Of a stretch of DNA of 64,000 bases, positions 8,373-17,637 are shown piece by piece. Position 1 is the first letter of the stretch. Each line of letters begins with the position of its first letter. Where the stretch lies: assembly GCA_035933915.1 (NCBI GenBank), contig DASYYL010000085.1:13747-77746 (forward strand), read 5' to 3'. The notes under the pieces are model-generated. The model was not told the origin of the DNA. It did not search any database and saw only the letters and a program-made list of their open reading frames with translations. The DNA comes from Verrucomicrobiia bacterium. GTDB lineage: Bacteria > Verrucomicrobiota > Verrucomicrobiia > Limisphaerales > UBA11358. Made by a program: the position numbers and the translations under genes.

Positions 8373-9641
8373 TCAGACCGGCGCAATCGCGAACCATTCC
8401 TTTGCTTGCTTGGGTTGCACTAACTCGCGGTAGTGCTGGAAAATGATTTGCGGCGAGTTGCCCGCTTCCAGTGCCACTTTCGCCACATCCTGTATCTCCG
8501 CCACGCGGTAGGAAATGAATGAGTGCCGCAGCGCGTTCTTTTTCCATTTTACCTTTTTCGCCTTTTCCGGGTCTTTGCCGTCTTTTTTTGCCGCCTCTTT
8601 GAGCGCCAGGTTCGTGTCCTCGACGAGCCAGCCAATTTGTTTGTTTACGTTGTCGAACGGCACGACGCGCCCCTCATCTTTGACGTAGTCTTTCAACCAC
8701 TTCGCGAGGTTGCTGGTGATAGGCACAATGCGCCGGCTGGCGGTCTTGGCTTTGGCCGCCTTGATCTCGATGAATTTGTCATCCAGATGGACTTCGCTCC
8801 AGTCCAGCCGTTCAATTTCCGCAGACCGCAGTCCAGCAAATGCACCAATGGCTAGGAACGGCACCATTTCCGGCCGCGAGTGATTCAGAAATTGTGTGAC
8901 CTCCCACGGCGAATAAATCGTGATGTCCGTTGGCTTCTCCTTGAACTTCGGCACCAGTTCAATGCCTTCATGGTCGCGCGGCAGCCACCCGCGTTCCTTG
9001 CAGAATTTGAAAAACGCGCCGATGGTCGCCCGCGCGTTATTTTTGCTTCGCGCCGACACATCCTGATTGCGGAGATAATCCGCAAGTTGTCCCGTCGTCA
9101 CCGTCCGCAGTTGACAATTGAAACTTTCCTTGAGTTGATTCAGATAAACCTTGAGCACTCTCACATAGGCGTCGCCCGTGCCGTCCTTGGTTCGCGTCTC
9201 GATCATTTCATCCACGGCCACCGGCAGCATTTTGTCGGGCAGCTCGTGCATTTTTCGCCGCTTAAATTCCTTGGCCATTTCCAGCAGTGACACCTTGCCG
9301 TCCACAATCTTCACCGCCTCGACGGCATCTTTCACCAGCAAATCCAAAGGTATGCCGGTGGACTTTGCCATTTGGGCGCAATAGACATAAACCCGTGCGT
9401 CCTCGGCGCGCAGGTGCAGGGCATCCAGTTCACCGTTGGCAAGCGTAGTGGCCTTCGATTTGCCTTCGGCGACGGCCTCGTCAAGGCCGGCGAACATTTT
9501 GAGGACGCGCTTGCCGGCAGCGTGATAGGAGAGGGTGAAACTTTCCCGGCCTTTGTTTTCGACCCGGTAGATTTTGACGACAACCGATCCGTTACGGATG
9601 ACCTTCGGCCACCCCGAAGTTTTGGCAGGGGCACTTTTCAT
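8373..9641 (-). CDS. Tyrosine-type site-specific integrase
   Basis: The C-terminal catalytic region shows GLRSAEIERLDW, ALRHSFISY and IIFQHYRE (R...HxxR...Y). The gene lies immediately beside the 3' end of tRNA-Pro. Confidence 0.92.
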   Translation of the reverse strand: MKSAPAKTSGWPKVIRNGSVVVKIYRVENKGRESFTLSYHAAGKRVLKMFAGLDEAVAEGKSKATTLANGELDALHLRAEDARVYVYCAQMAKSTGIPLDLLVKDAVEAVKIVDGKVSLLEMAKEFKRRKMHELPDKMLPVAVDEMIETRTKDGTGDAYVRVLKVYLNQLKESFNCQLRTVTTGQLADYLRNQDVSARSKNNARATIGAFFKFCKERGWLPRDHEGIELVPKFKEKPTDITIYSPWEVTQFLNHSRPEMVPFLAIGAFAGLRSAEIERLDWSEVHLDDKFIEIKAAKAKTASRRIVPITSNLAKWLKDYVKDEGRVVPFDNVNKQIGWLVEDTNLALKEAAKKDGKDPEKAKKVKWKKNALRHSFISYRVAEIQDVAKVALEAGNSPQIIFQHYRELVQPKQAKEWFAIAPV

Positions 9642-9704
9642 GCCCCAATTGTGTTAGGATTTTGTTAGGATTTCAAGCATAACCCTCAAAAACCTTGAAA
9701 AGAA

Positions 9705-9782
<78 letters not shown>

Positions 9783-9974
9783 AACCATTGAACTCATAAT
9801 TATGCCCGAAACCCTGTTCGCGGCAAGTCCATTTGGAAGGCCAAAACACAGTAAGACCGAACCGCCCAGGGCAAGTGGCGACCGCCGTCGCCGCGCTTGC
9901 AAAAGAAATCGGCAACGCCGATACAACGAATTTAATTCGTTGTCTGCGGCCGGCAAGTTGACCGCATCTGTCAG

Positions 9975-10472
9975 CTAAATGATAACTCCTTCGCTCTCAA
10001 GCAGGCGCCGTTTCCAATGCAGGCCGCTGGAAAAGCCGCCGATTTTTTTGTTCGCGGCCAGCACGCGATGGCACGGCACAAATACGGGGATGCGATTGGC
10101 GCCGCAGGCGCCGCCAACTGCGCGAACCGCGCCCGGTTTGCCGATGGCCTCGGCGATTTCGCCGTAGCTCTTGGTTTTGCCCGAGGCAATTTTCAGCATC
10201 TCACGCCAGACTTTCTTTTGAAATTCCGTGCCGCAAAGATCCAGCGGGGGAAATTTCACCTGTTTTTCGCCCGCCAGAAGCTTGTCCAGGGCAGATTTGG
10301 TTGTCCGATGCCACTCACTGACTTCAGACGGAACGGCCCCTTCCGGCGCCGGGGTCCGGGCCGAATCATGCCGACCCGGAAAGTTGAGCCCTGCCAGCCC
10401 GCGTTGCGAATAGTGCGCCAGAAATTCTCCCGCGCTGGCGGGAATTGGAAGCGTAAACGTTTGCGTTTTCAT
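9975..10472 (-). CDS. ogt: Methylated-DNA--protein-cysteine methyltransferase
   Basis: The active-site motif VPCHRV is present, together with YGEIAEAIGKPGAVRAVGGACGANRIP. The start at MKTQTF overlaps the upstream stop (ATGA). Confidence 0.9.
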   Translation of the reverse strand: MKTQTFTLPIPASAGEFLAHYSQRGLAGLNFPGRHDSARTPAPEGAVPSEVSEWHRTTKSALDKLLAGEKQVKFPPLDLCGTEFQKKVWREMLKIASGKTKSYGEIAEAIGKPGAVRAVGGACGANRIPVFVPCHRVLAANKKIGGFSSGLHWKRRLLESEGVII

Positions 10473-11008
10473 CGGCTGTGAAGAAAGGCTAAAAGAATTC
10501 CAATCAGGATAAAGAGCAAGGTAATGGTCAGAAGCCAAAACCGATTCCGCGCCACCCGCTTTTCATAACGCAACGGGCGCAAACCATGGACCCCGCCGGC
10601 GGCAAGATAATGGACCAGACGCGGGTTGTTGGCCGTGGGCCGTTTGAAGACGCCGCGAACTTTCTGCAACAGCCCGGGAAGATCGTATTTTCGGACGCCC
10701 AATTCATTGAATCGGTCGGCCGGCTCCGCTTCATCGGCGGGTTTAAGCGTTTTGATTTCCTCAAATACCGGCTCTGCCGCCGCGGCGGATTTTGGCGGCG
10801 CCGACGCCGGATCAGGTTTTCGGGTTACGGTATTGCCGTGAGGGATGGCGGTAGAGCGAAGTTTCGGCGAAGGCGCTCGCTGAATTTGGGAATCCAGCTT
10901 TTTTATTTCCGCTTCCAGTGAAGATATTTGATCATTGAGCGCGCGGGCTCGTTCGGATATGGGGTCGATGGGCGCCTCTTTGTTCCCCTTTTTCTTCGCA
11001 GCCGCCAT
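10469..11008 (-). CDS. Hypothetical coiled-coil protein with a C-terminal transmembrane anchor
   Basis: The ORF has an N-terminal coiled coil (LNDQISSLEAEIKKLDSQ) and a C-terminal hydrophobic helix (FWLLTITLLFILIGILLAFL). It is operonic with ogt. Confidence 0.55.
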   Translation of the reverse strand: MAAAKKKGNKEAPIDPISERARALNDQISSLEAEIKKLDSQIQRAPSPKLRSTAIPHGNTVTRKPDPASAPPKSAAAAEPVFEEIKTLKPADEAEPADRFNELGVRKYDLPGLLQKVRGVFKRPTANNPRLVHYLAAGGVHGLRPLRYEKRVARNRFWLLTITLLFILIGILLAFLHSR

Positions 11009-11015
11009 ATTACAA

Positions 11016-11672
11016 TCACCGGTGCGGCGGGGGCGAGGACGTCAATAAAGCGATCAGCAGGCCGATCACGCCCAGACCGACGAGCAGGAACGGCCAGGTC
11101 ATCGCCAAACCGAATTTGCAGAGCTGCCAGAAGCTCAAGTTGGCAAATGGCGTCGGCGTCGGCGCGGGAGCGGCGGGCATTTCAGGCTTTTGCGCGCTTT
11201 CGCCGGCCAGCACCGGAATTTTCAGGCGGGCTGAGTTAAATTCCATGCGCGCATTTTCAATCGCAGTGAGGGCGCGCGTGAGTTCCACGGCGAGATTCTC
11301 CTTGCTCCATTGGTCCTCTCGGATTGCTTCAACTTTTGACAGGACATCGCGGAAATCGCCGATGGTTTTGGCCATTTGCTCGCTTTCGCGGCGGGCGTTA
11401 AACTCGGCCTCTTCCAGAAGACCGAGGCCGCGTGTCAAATTATGCAGGATTTCCTGACGGCCATTTTGAAATTCGAGCTGGCGGCGCCGCAATTCTTCGA
11501 GTGACGCCCGCTCACGCTCGAGTTCTTCCTGGGCGCGCTTGAGTTCGGCGAGCTTTTGCTGCGCCTCGACAACCTTCCGGTCCACGTCTTCCCGCGAGGG
11601 CGCGGCTCCGGGCGACTTATGCGCCCGAAAATCGGTGTCAATAAATTCTGTGGCGTCGTATTCGGCAGCCAT
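11016..11672 (-). CDS. Hypothetical coiled-coil protein with a C-terminal transmembrane anchor
   Basis: A long Glu/Arg/Leu-rich coiled coil is followed by a C-terminal TM helix (WPFLLVGLGVIGLLIALL). Confidence 0.55.
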   Translation of the reverse strand: MAAEYDATEFIDTDFRAHKSPGAAPSREDVDRKVVEAQQKLAELKRAQEELERERASLEELRRRQLEFQNGRQEILHNLTRGLGLLEEAEFNARRESEQMAKTIGDFRDVLSKVEAIREDQWSKENLAVELTRALTAIENARMEFNSARLKIPVLAGESAQKPEMPAAPAPTPTPFANLSFWQLCKFGLAMTWPFLLVGLGVIGLLIALLTSSPPPHR

Positions 11673-11722
11673 AGTGCGACTGTACCGCCGTTCCGCAAGA
11701 GTGTAAAGGGGTTGTTTTTTTT

Positions 11723-11743
11723 ATTTACGATTTACAATTTACG
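11723..11743. repeat. Tandem heptamer (ATTTACG ATTTACA ATTTACG) preceded by a T-run
   Basis: This was read directly from the sequence. A near-identical element lies at 27042-27062. Confidence 0.7.
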
Positions 11744-11907
11744 CGATCGGCCTCGATGCGTCCCGTCAGTCCCATTCACCCTATTTGCCTTCCGCTTTGA
11801 AGTTTTGCACGACGCGCTCAACGAAAAATTGCATTCTGCATTTTCCGACGCATTTTCCAGCGTGAAGCCATTGGCACGGTTCGGGCTAAGGACAAACAGA
11901 GGGTATT

Positions 11908-12057
11908 ATGATACGAAAACTAAGGAACGGCGGCTATCGACTTTATTCGCGCAAACGCAATCCGTCGACCGGAGAGCGCAGAAACCTGGGGACGTTTCAA
12001 ACTCTGGAACAAGCCAAACGCCACGAGCTCGAGGTGCAATTCTTCAAGCGCAATTAA
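11908..12057 (+). CDS. Small basic 49-aa protein (MIRKLRNGGYRLYSRKRNPSTGERRNLGTFQTLEQAKRHELEVQFFKRN)
   Basis: The ORF is below the track cutoff. It has protein-like composition and recalls small KxGxYRLYSRK...RRNLGTF proteins. That similarity is from memory and has not been verified. Confidence 0.45.
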   Translation: MIRKLRNGGYRLYSRKRNPSTGERRNLGTFQTLEQAKRHELEVQFFKRN

Positions 12058-12089
12058 CGCTGATTTCGCATGACCGCCCGAAGATTAAA

Positions 12090-12863
12090 ATGAAAGCCCT
12101 GTTTCGCGACAAACCAGCTGCCTTTCCGGAGCATTGCCCGGATGGCAAACCCATGAAACCGTTGACGCAGGCATTGCTGGATCGCCGCGCCACGTCGCAT
12201 TTCAAACCCGACCCGGCGCCGGAAGAATATCTCGATGCAATTCTCCAATTCGGGGCGCAAGCGCCGTCGGGATACAACCTGCAACCCTGGCGATTCGTCG
12301 TGGTGCGGGAAAGGGAAAACCGCGAGCGATTAAAGAAGGCCGCTTATAATCAGGAGAAAGTCGGGGAAGCGCCGGTGATGATCATCGCGTTTGCCATTCG
12401 CGAGGAGTGGAAAAACTACATCGACGCCATTTTTCAGGAAGGCGTTCGGCGCGGCTTCGGAAAGCCGGACATGGTCACGAAGATTAAAGAGCAGGCTTCA
12501 AATTTTCTGGAACACGGAATTCCCCAGCCCGTCTGGCTCAATCGACACACCATGATCGCATTCACGACGATGATGCTGGTGGCGGAAACGTACGGTCTGG
12601 ACACGGCCCCGATGGAAGGCTTCGATCCTGAGGCCGTAAAGCGGGAGTTTAATTTGCCTGGCGACGCGGAAGTGGTCGCTCTCATGGCCATCGGTTTTGC
12701 AAAAGAGCCGGACAAGCCATACGCCGGACGGCTGGCACTCGAAGAGTTCGTCTTTAACGAACGCTACGGTCAGCGCTGGAACAGCAAAAGCAGTGGCCCA
12801 CCCGGCAAAGACATGTCAGAACAAATTGATCGCAAAGCGAGTGAGACGCTACAGCCGGCGTAA
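12090..12863 (+). CDS. Nitroreductase-family oxidoreductase
   Basis: The segments RRATSHFKPDP...APSGYNLQPWRFVVV...AAYNQEKV match the nitroreductase fold signature. The start was chosen at MKALF (ATG 12090); the 5' extension in the track was rejected. Confidence 0.85.
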   Translation: MKALFRDKPAAFPEHCPDGKPMKPLTQALLDRRATSHFKPDPAPEEYLDAILQFGAQAPSGYNLQPWRFVVVRERENRERLKKAAYNQEKVGEAPVMIIAFAIREEWKNYIDAIFQEGVRRGFGKPDMVTKIKEQASNFLEHGIPQPVWLNRHTMIAFTTMMLVAETYGLDTAPMEGFDPEAVKREFNLPGDAEVVALMAIGFAKEPDKPYAGRLALEEFVFNERYGQRWNSKSSGPPGKDMSEQIDRKASETLQPA

Positions 12864-13160
12864 GGATTGGATTTTTAGTGTGCCCACGGAAGGGTTTCAG
12901 GGACCCTGTGCACACACATTTTTTGTCTATAGGCGTGGCAACGAGAAACGAACGGAGCTTTTGGACAAAAAACTCGGTTTTATTGGGGTTTTGCGGAATT
13001 TTGACGTGAGGTAGAGGCAACGACTCGGGCGCGTTGCAAATTGCAACGGCCATGGCCTCTGACATCGAAAGTATCCAATCCTTTGTTCGTTCGGAAAATG
13101 CATAACCCATGGCTGTAACTCGGCATCAGCATCCCTTTCCGCCTCTAAAAGCGTCAAATT

Positions 13161-13718
13161 TTGGCATTGAACCTGCGGCGATTGATGGCCAAAAACTCGC
13201 GTAGTATGACAATAACGTATCGCAATAGATTTCGAGATTGGCTTGCATTTCAGGCCTATTGCGCCCCCCGCAATCCGGTCATCATTTTGACGTCAGTCGG
13301 CTTTTTCCTCTTTGTCACGTCGCAGGTGGTGTTGCCCGCGACGCGCGAGGCGGCGGCAGGCGTGTCACTGGTTGTTTGCGTTTTTGTATTCATTGTGGTC
13401 GAGTTACTGCTCATTGCATTTATATTGGGCTTCCTCGCTGTCGTTACCATACTCCCGATGATTTTTCCGAGGGACAAACAGCTCTACTGTCAGCGCACCC
13501 TCAAGACCGGTGGCGAATCATTCTTTACGGAGTCCGACTATAGCCGTTCAGAGACTAAATGGTCTGTCGTCCGGAAGCTGGTTCGCACGCGTTCCCACAT
13601 TTTTATGTTCCTGGGTCAGCACAACGCATTTGTTGTTCCGCGCAGTGCATTTGAGGAAGAGGGGAAATGGGAAGCTTTTTATGAGGAGTGCAAAGAGAAC
13701 AAGAGCGAGGCTGCCTGA
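13161..13718 (+). CDS. Membrane protein with a YcxB-like C-terminal domain
   Basis: Two TM helices are followed by a region resembling YcxB-like domains (RSETKWSVVRKLVRTRSHIFMFLGQHNAFVVPRSAF). Confidence 0.55.
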   Translation: MALNLRRLMAKNSRSMTITYRNRFRDWLAFQAYCAPRNPVIILTSVGFFLFVTSQVVLPATREAAAGVSLVVCVFVFIVVELLLIAFILGFLAVVTILPMIFPRDKQLYCQRTLKTGGESFFTESDYSRSETKWSVVRKLVRTRSHIFMFLGQHNAFVVPRSAFEEEGKWEAFYEECKENKSEAA

Positions 13719-13791
13719 TATGGGTCGAAATCCTTTTGTTCGCTTTTCTAGAAAGATGCCAGCCCGACGGGCTTCCGGAAATGGCGCTGTC

Positions 13792-14452
13792 TGATTCATC
13801 GAGGATGAGCGTTCCTCCATTTACCACAATCCCACCGATGAAGTCATCGTTGCTCTCTGAAAGAGTTGCGGATCCCGCGCCGGACTTCACCAGCGCCGCA
13901 GTTCCTCCCACGCTGTTGCTCCCGGCAAAAATATAATTCAGGGCATTATTGGTCACGGTCCAGCTTAGCGGTGCGTGTTGCGCAGTTCCGGTCAGGTTGA
14001 CCGTGCCGGTGCGGGCCATGTCATTAAACAGCACCTGGTTTCCTTCGTTATATGCAGCGGGCGCGCCGGCGTTGGTCCAGTTCAAACTGATTGTATCCCA
14101 ATTATCGATTGCCACGCCGCTCCATTGGACTAATTTCGGCAGCGCCGGGCCGTTTGTCACCACCAGCCAAATCGTGCTCGAATTGTCGTTGGAGATATAT
14201 CCCTTGGTAGCCGGCCGCCAATGCGCCGAGGGCCAGCTTGATGCCGCTCGCGCCGCCGCCCGGGCAATTAATCAACGGATATTGCGATGGATACGCCAGA
14301 GCGATGGGCGTGGCGCTGATGGAGATGACGCCAGTGTTGTCGCTTGTGATTTTGCTGACTGCGGCGTTCGTGAAATTATTCGCGACGGCAAATTGCAACG
14401 CGCCGCCGCCGTCGAGCGATAATGAGCTTAACGCGGCGCCCGGCGAACCCAT
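13792..14452 (-). pseudogene. Frameshifted, 3'-truncated fragment of an autotransporter-associated beta-strand repeat protein
   Basis: Two overlapping ORFs join only after a frameshift near GYQG(Y)ISNDNSSTIWLVVTNG. The motif VKSGAGSATLS...GGIVVNGGTLIL is typical of this repeat family. Homology stops abruptly around 13792. Confidence 0.6.
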
Positions 14453-14544
14453 TATATGTTGGGTTAACCGCGGAATAAAAACCGCTTCAACGCTTCAACG
14501 AACCCCTTGCCTTTGTCCTCTTTCTTCCATATTGTTTGATTGGC

Positions 14545-14629
14545 GCGGATATGGTGGAATTGGCAGACACGCTACTTTGAGGTGGTAGTGGGGCAACCCG
14601 TGCAGGTTCAAGTCCTGCTATCCGCACCA
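14545..14629 (+). tRNA. tRNA-Leu (anticodon GAG), CCA encoded
   Basis: The sequence is GCGGATATGGTGGAATTGGCAGACACGCTACTTTGAGGTGGTAGTGGGGCAACCCGTGCAGGTTCAAGTCCTGCTATCCGCACCA. It has anticodon loop TTGAGGT and a long variable arm. Confidence 0.9.
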
Positions 14630-14781
14630 ATATTCCGCAGGAAGCGAATGTCGAACTGGCACGCCTACGCCCGGCGCTGCAAAGGCTGGTGGGAGCAGGA
14701 TGGCAGACCGACCACACCCGTGGTTGTTGGCCGCAATGGAAAATTTCAACGCAAACCCGATCATTCTAAAGGATTCTGACT

Positions 14782-15420
14782 ATGACCAAGACATGTAAAA
14801 ACGAAGACTGCGCCATGCAATTCGATATCCCTGACACTCCGTTTCTGAGCCGGCTAATCCCGTTCTGTCCCAATTGCGCTAGCAAGCGGCAGGAGGCAGC
14901 CATAAAGGCTGAATTGGCGAGGGTAAACCAGGAGCGCGAGGACAGATGGAAGGCAATTTGCCCGCCGGCCTACCGTGAGACTCAAATTGAAAAGCTGCCG
15001 AACCCGGACAAAGCGTCGGATGTGTTAGCATGGAATTATGGTCCCACGGGTCTGCTGCTTCATGGAGGTACGCGGCGCGGTAAAAGCCGCTGCGCATGGC
15101 TACTTCTCCGAAAGGTCTTCGATGCCGGAAAATCCGTCAGGGTACTCGACTCCATGGCCGGCTTTGACTACACCGCTTCCTATGCCGTCAGCCCTGGTGA
15201 GGCTCAGGCTTGGGTCAATGGCTACAGCCGTTGCGGTCTTTTGTTCCTCGACGACATATTTAAGGCCAAGCTCACGGATTCATTTGAATCAGCCATATTT
15301 GCCATCGTGGATCACAGGCTTTCCCACAAGTTGCCCATATTGGCGACGCTTAACGACACGGGCGAAACGCTGGGCACGCGCATGTCGGCAGACCGTGGCG
15401 ACGCCTTTAGTGGAGAATAA
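14782..15420 (+). CDS. DnaC/IstB-like AAA+ ATPase with an N-terminal Cys4 zinc-ribbon
   Basis: CKNEDC...CPNC forms the zinc ribbon. The Walker A-like motif is GGTRRGKS and the Walker B motif is LLFLDD. Confidence 0.65.
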   Translation: MTKTCKNEDCAMQFDIPDTPFLSRLIPFCPNCASKRQEAAIKAELARVNQEREDRWKAICPPAYRETQIEKLPNPDKASDVLAWNYGPTGLLLHGGTRRGKSRCAWLLLRKVFDAGKSVRVLDSMAGFDYTASYAVSPGEAQAWVNGYSRCGLLFLDDIFKAKLTDSFESAIFAIVDHRLSHKLPILATLNDTGETLGTRMSADRGDAFSGE

Positions 15421-15539
15421 TTGCGGTGTGGCCGACCTACCGACTTGCCAGGACCACTCAAAAAAGGCAAAAGAACAGGCCGAAAACTCACCAAATAAGA
15501 CAGGCGTCGTTTGCAGGTTTCAGTCAAACCTCTACTCAA

Positions 15540-16406
15540 CTATTCGGAAATAACCTGATCCTTTCCTTCCTTCTTCGCTCGGACTTGACGCTTGTCGGCT
15601 GTGTCGGCCAAATCCAGATCTCTCAAATCCGGCGGACCAGTTGCCACCCCAATACTCGCAGTTACTGCGGGCAGAATTTTGCCCTTGAAGGTGCAATGCA
15701 TGTTCTTAACGCATGCTCTCATGTTTTCCGCAATCTGCTTCGTTCGGTCCTTGTCCTGACCAATCAAAAGTGCGGCAACCTCATCTCCACCTGCTCTATA
15801 TCCATCGCCAAGTGAGCCGAGGCAGTTCCTGACGACTTCGAGATAGGACTTCAATACGACATCACCAGCATGGTGGCCGCAACTGTCATTTACATTCTTA
15901 AAGCCGTCCAAATCTAGCCGGATCACGGAAACGGGCACGTCAGCGGGTCTGCTGAGCGCGTCTGTCAGGTCTCTATGAAAATAGCGGATATCCAACAACA
16001 CTCCAAAATGCTCAAGGATTCGGTCACGCTTGAGTAGGTCACGCAATTCCTCGATTCTGCGTAGTCCGCGATACGTGATTCGGAATTGAAATGCCCGATT
16101 GCTCAAGAAAGCGTTAAAAATCTCTAGGCGCGGCCAACCAGCACCCCTCATTAAGTGGGGATAATTTTTCGCGGCTTTTTCTTCACGTCCTTCTCCCCGA
16201 AGTTGCCACACTAGCATTTGGAGATCGTCCTGATTTGACTGAATATACAACTCCTCAAGCAGCGCGATTAGCATCTCGATGCAGGTTATCTGGTTTAAGC
16301 CGAGATTTTCAGTCTGATTTGGGTTATTCGGATTGAAATAGGTGAGTGGATTTTTTTCCAAATCTCGCAAAAAGAGGAGTTCAGAATAGCGAATGTCATC
16401 TTTCAT
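15540..16406 (-). CDS. GGDEF-domain (nucleotidyl cyclase fold) protein with an uncharacterised ~150-aa N-terminal domain
   Basis: The segment IRLDLDGFKNVNDSCGHHAGDVVL...GYRAGGDEVAALL matches the GGDEF core, with the signature changed to GGDEV. No signal peptide, TM helix or known sensor domain was recognised. Confidence 0.8.
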   Translation of the reverse strand: MKDDIRYSELLFLRDLEKNPLTYFNPNNPNQTENLGLNQITCIEMLIALLEELYIQSNQDDLQMLVWQLRGEGREEKAAKNYPHLMRGAGWPRLEIFNAFLSNRAFQFRITYRGLRRIEELRDLLKRDRILEHFGVLLDIRYFHRDLTDALSRPADVPVSVIRLDLDGFKNVNDSCGHHAGDVVLKSYLEVVRNCLGSLGDGYRAGGDEVAALLIGQDKDRTKQIAENMRACVKNMHCTFKGKILPAVTASIGVATGPPDLRDLDLADTADKRQVRAKKEGKDQVISE

Positions 16407-16592
16407 ATATTATTGTGTTGAAAAGGGCGCGACCGGCCCAGGGACTGGGATAAGGTCACCTCCGCAAGGCGGATCCACAAACCCTTATGGTCCTGGGTTG
16501 CTGCGCGGCGAAGACTACTTCGAACTGGGGTCGGTGCCAAGCGTTCTCCGGTTGTACGACGGCAACTGCGGGCAATAGCGCTGCCATTTGTG

Positions 16593-16618
16593 TTTTCAAA
16601 ATTTGATATTTTTGAAAA
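16593..16618. promoter_or_regulatory. Perfect 9-bp inverted repeat TTTTCAAAA-N8-TTTTGAAAA (candidate operator)
   Basis: This was read directly from the sequence. It lies in the 430-bp region between the GGDEF gene start and the HTH gene stop. Confidence 0.4.
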
Positions 16619-16837
16619 GTCCCGTCAAAAGCATTAATCGTACTATATCTGTAGGAATCCATTCTGCATCGGCTCCGGCCCTGGTTTCATCCTATTATTT
16701 GCCATGCGGCGAACGTTTCGCGATAGGACAGGTGTTCTACATGCCTGCACACGGGTTAAAATTGCATGACCTGGCACATTTCACGGAGTTGGGCAATATT
16801 TTTCGCTTTTAATTTTACTTCAGTGAGGTGCCGCTCG

Positions 16838-17275
16838 TTATGGTCCCGCGAAACGTTGCAATTCAGACTCCGGGATCAAAACCTTACGGAAATCAGCGAC
16901 CGGCCGTATCCGGCCCTGTCGGATTAGCTTCCGAACGCTTGGGGCGCTCATTGATAGACGGGCGGCTGCACGCTTGATGTCGTACAGAAGTGGCGTTGCT
17001 GGCGACCTAGTGGTTTCACCGTTTTCTATCAGCATTTTGTCAGAATTGTTTGAAGGGTTTGTTATTGGCAATAGTTGAGCCAGGGCTTCATCGACCCTCT
17101 CGGTGACAATTTTGACAATTACTGCGGTCAACTCTGTAAGTGCATTTTGCAGGCGTTCGATTTCAGGAGTTTTCATAGCGGTTTCAATGATTTTCATGGA
17201 ATCGGATGGCGCACAATTCCAAACTGCGCATCTTATTTTATTTTCTGCCGCTGGAGCACTTGCCTTGACTGCCAA
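16838..17275 (-). CDS. Excisionase-family (HTH_17/MerR-like) DNA-binding protein
   Basis: The C-terminal segment LYDIKRAAARLSMSAPSVRKLIRQGRIRPVADFRKVLIPESELQRF matches the excisionase-type HTH. The true start may be an internal Met. Confidence 0.6.
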   Translation of the reverse strand: MAVKASAPAAENKIRCAVWNCAPSDSMKIIETAMKTPEIERLQNALTELTAVIVKIVTERVDEALAQLLPITNPSNNSDKMLIENGETTRSPATPLLYDIKRAAARLSMSAPSVRKLIRQGRIRPVADFRKVLIPESELQRFAGP

Positions 17276-17367
17276 ACAGGAGCAAAATTAGCAGCCATTT
17301 TGAACCGCAATTCCCAAAACAACCGAAGGAATTGCGACCGGCAGAAACCATTAGGAGTCAGCCGAAT

Positions 17368-17637
17368 ATGAATGATTTCATCACGCTAAACCGAGCGCGG
17401 CAACTGGCCGCGCAGTATGTTGCGAAGCGCATGTTTGAGACTGCAACCGTGCTGGACGGCGCGGACGCCCGTCTGGGTGTCGGTGTGCCAGGCGCCTGCA
17501 CGCGAGAAGATGTATGGGTGGTGTACAAGAGTGAAAACCCCGGCGACGCACCAGGTCTCAAGTCGTCCAACATTGTTATCGTCTGCAAACGCACCGGCCG
17601 GGTGCTTTATGAAGGCAGTGCGAGAGATGAAGGGTAA
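17368..17637 (+). CDS. Small YrhB/immunity-protein-like protein
   Basis: An AGGAG RBS lies 10 nt upstream of the ATG. The ending IVIVCKRTGRVLYEGSARDEG resembles YrhB/Imm35-type small domains. That similarity is from memory. Confidence 0.5.
   Translation: MNDFITLNRARQLAAQYVAKRMFETATVLDGADARLGVGVPGACTREDVWVVYKSENPGDAPGLKSSNIVIVCKRTGRVLYEGSARDEG

Noticed and set aside
9783-9974. Possible att core or extra small RNA between tRNA-Pro and ogt
   Set aside because: No repeat of the tRNA sequence, hairpin or conserved motif was seen. The only ORFs are short and Arg-rich.
11556-12089. 5' extension of the nitroreductase ORF (435 aa in the track)
   Set aside because: Homology to nitroreductases starts near MKALF at 12090. 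The extension crosses an intergenic repeat, the start of the divergent 11672 gene and the small 11908 ORF.
12754-13110. 118-aa minus-strand ORF between the nitroreductase and the YcxB-like gene
   Set aside because: It overlaps the nitroreductase 3' end, its C-terminal half is Cys-rich and irregular, and no motif was found.
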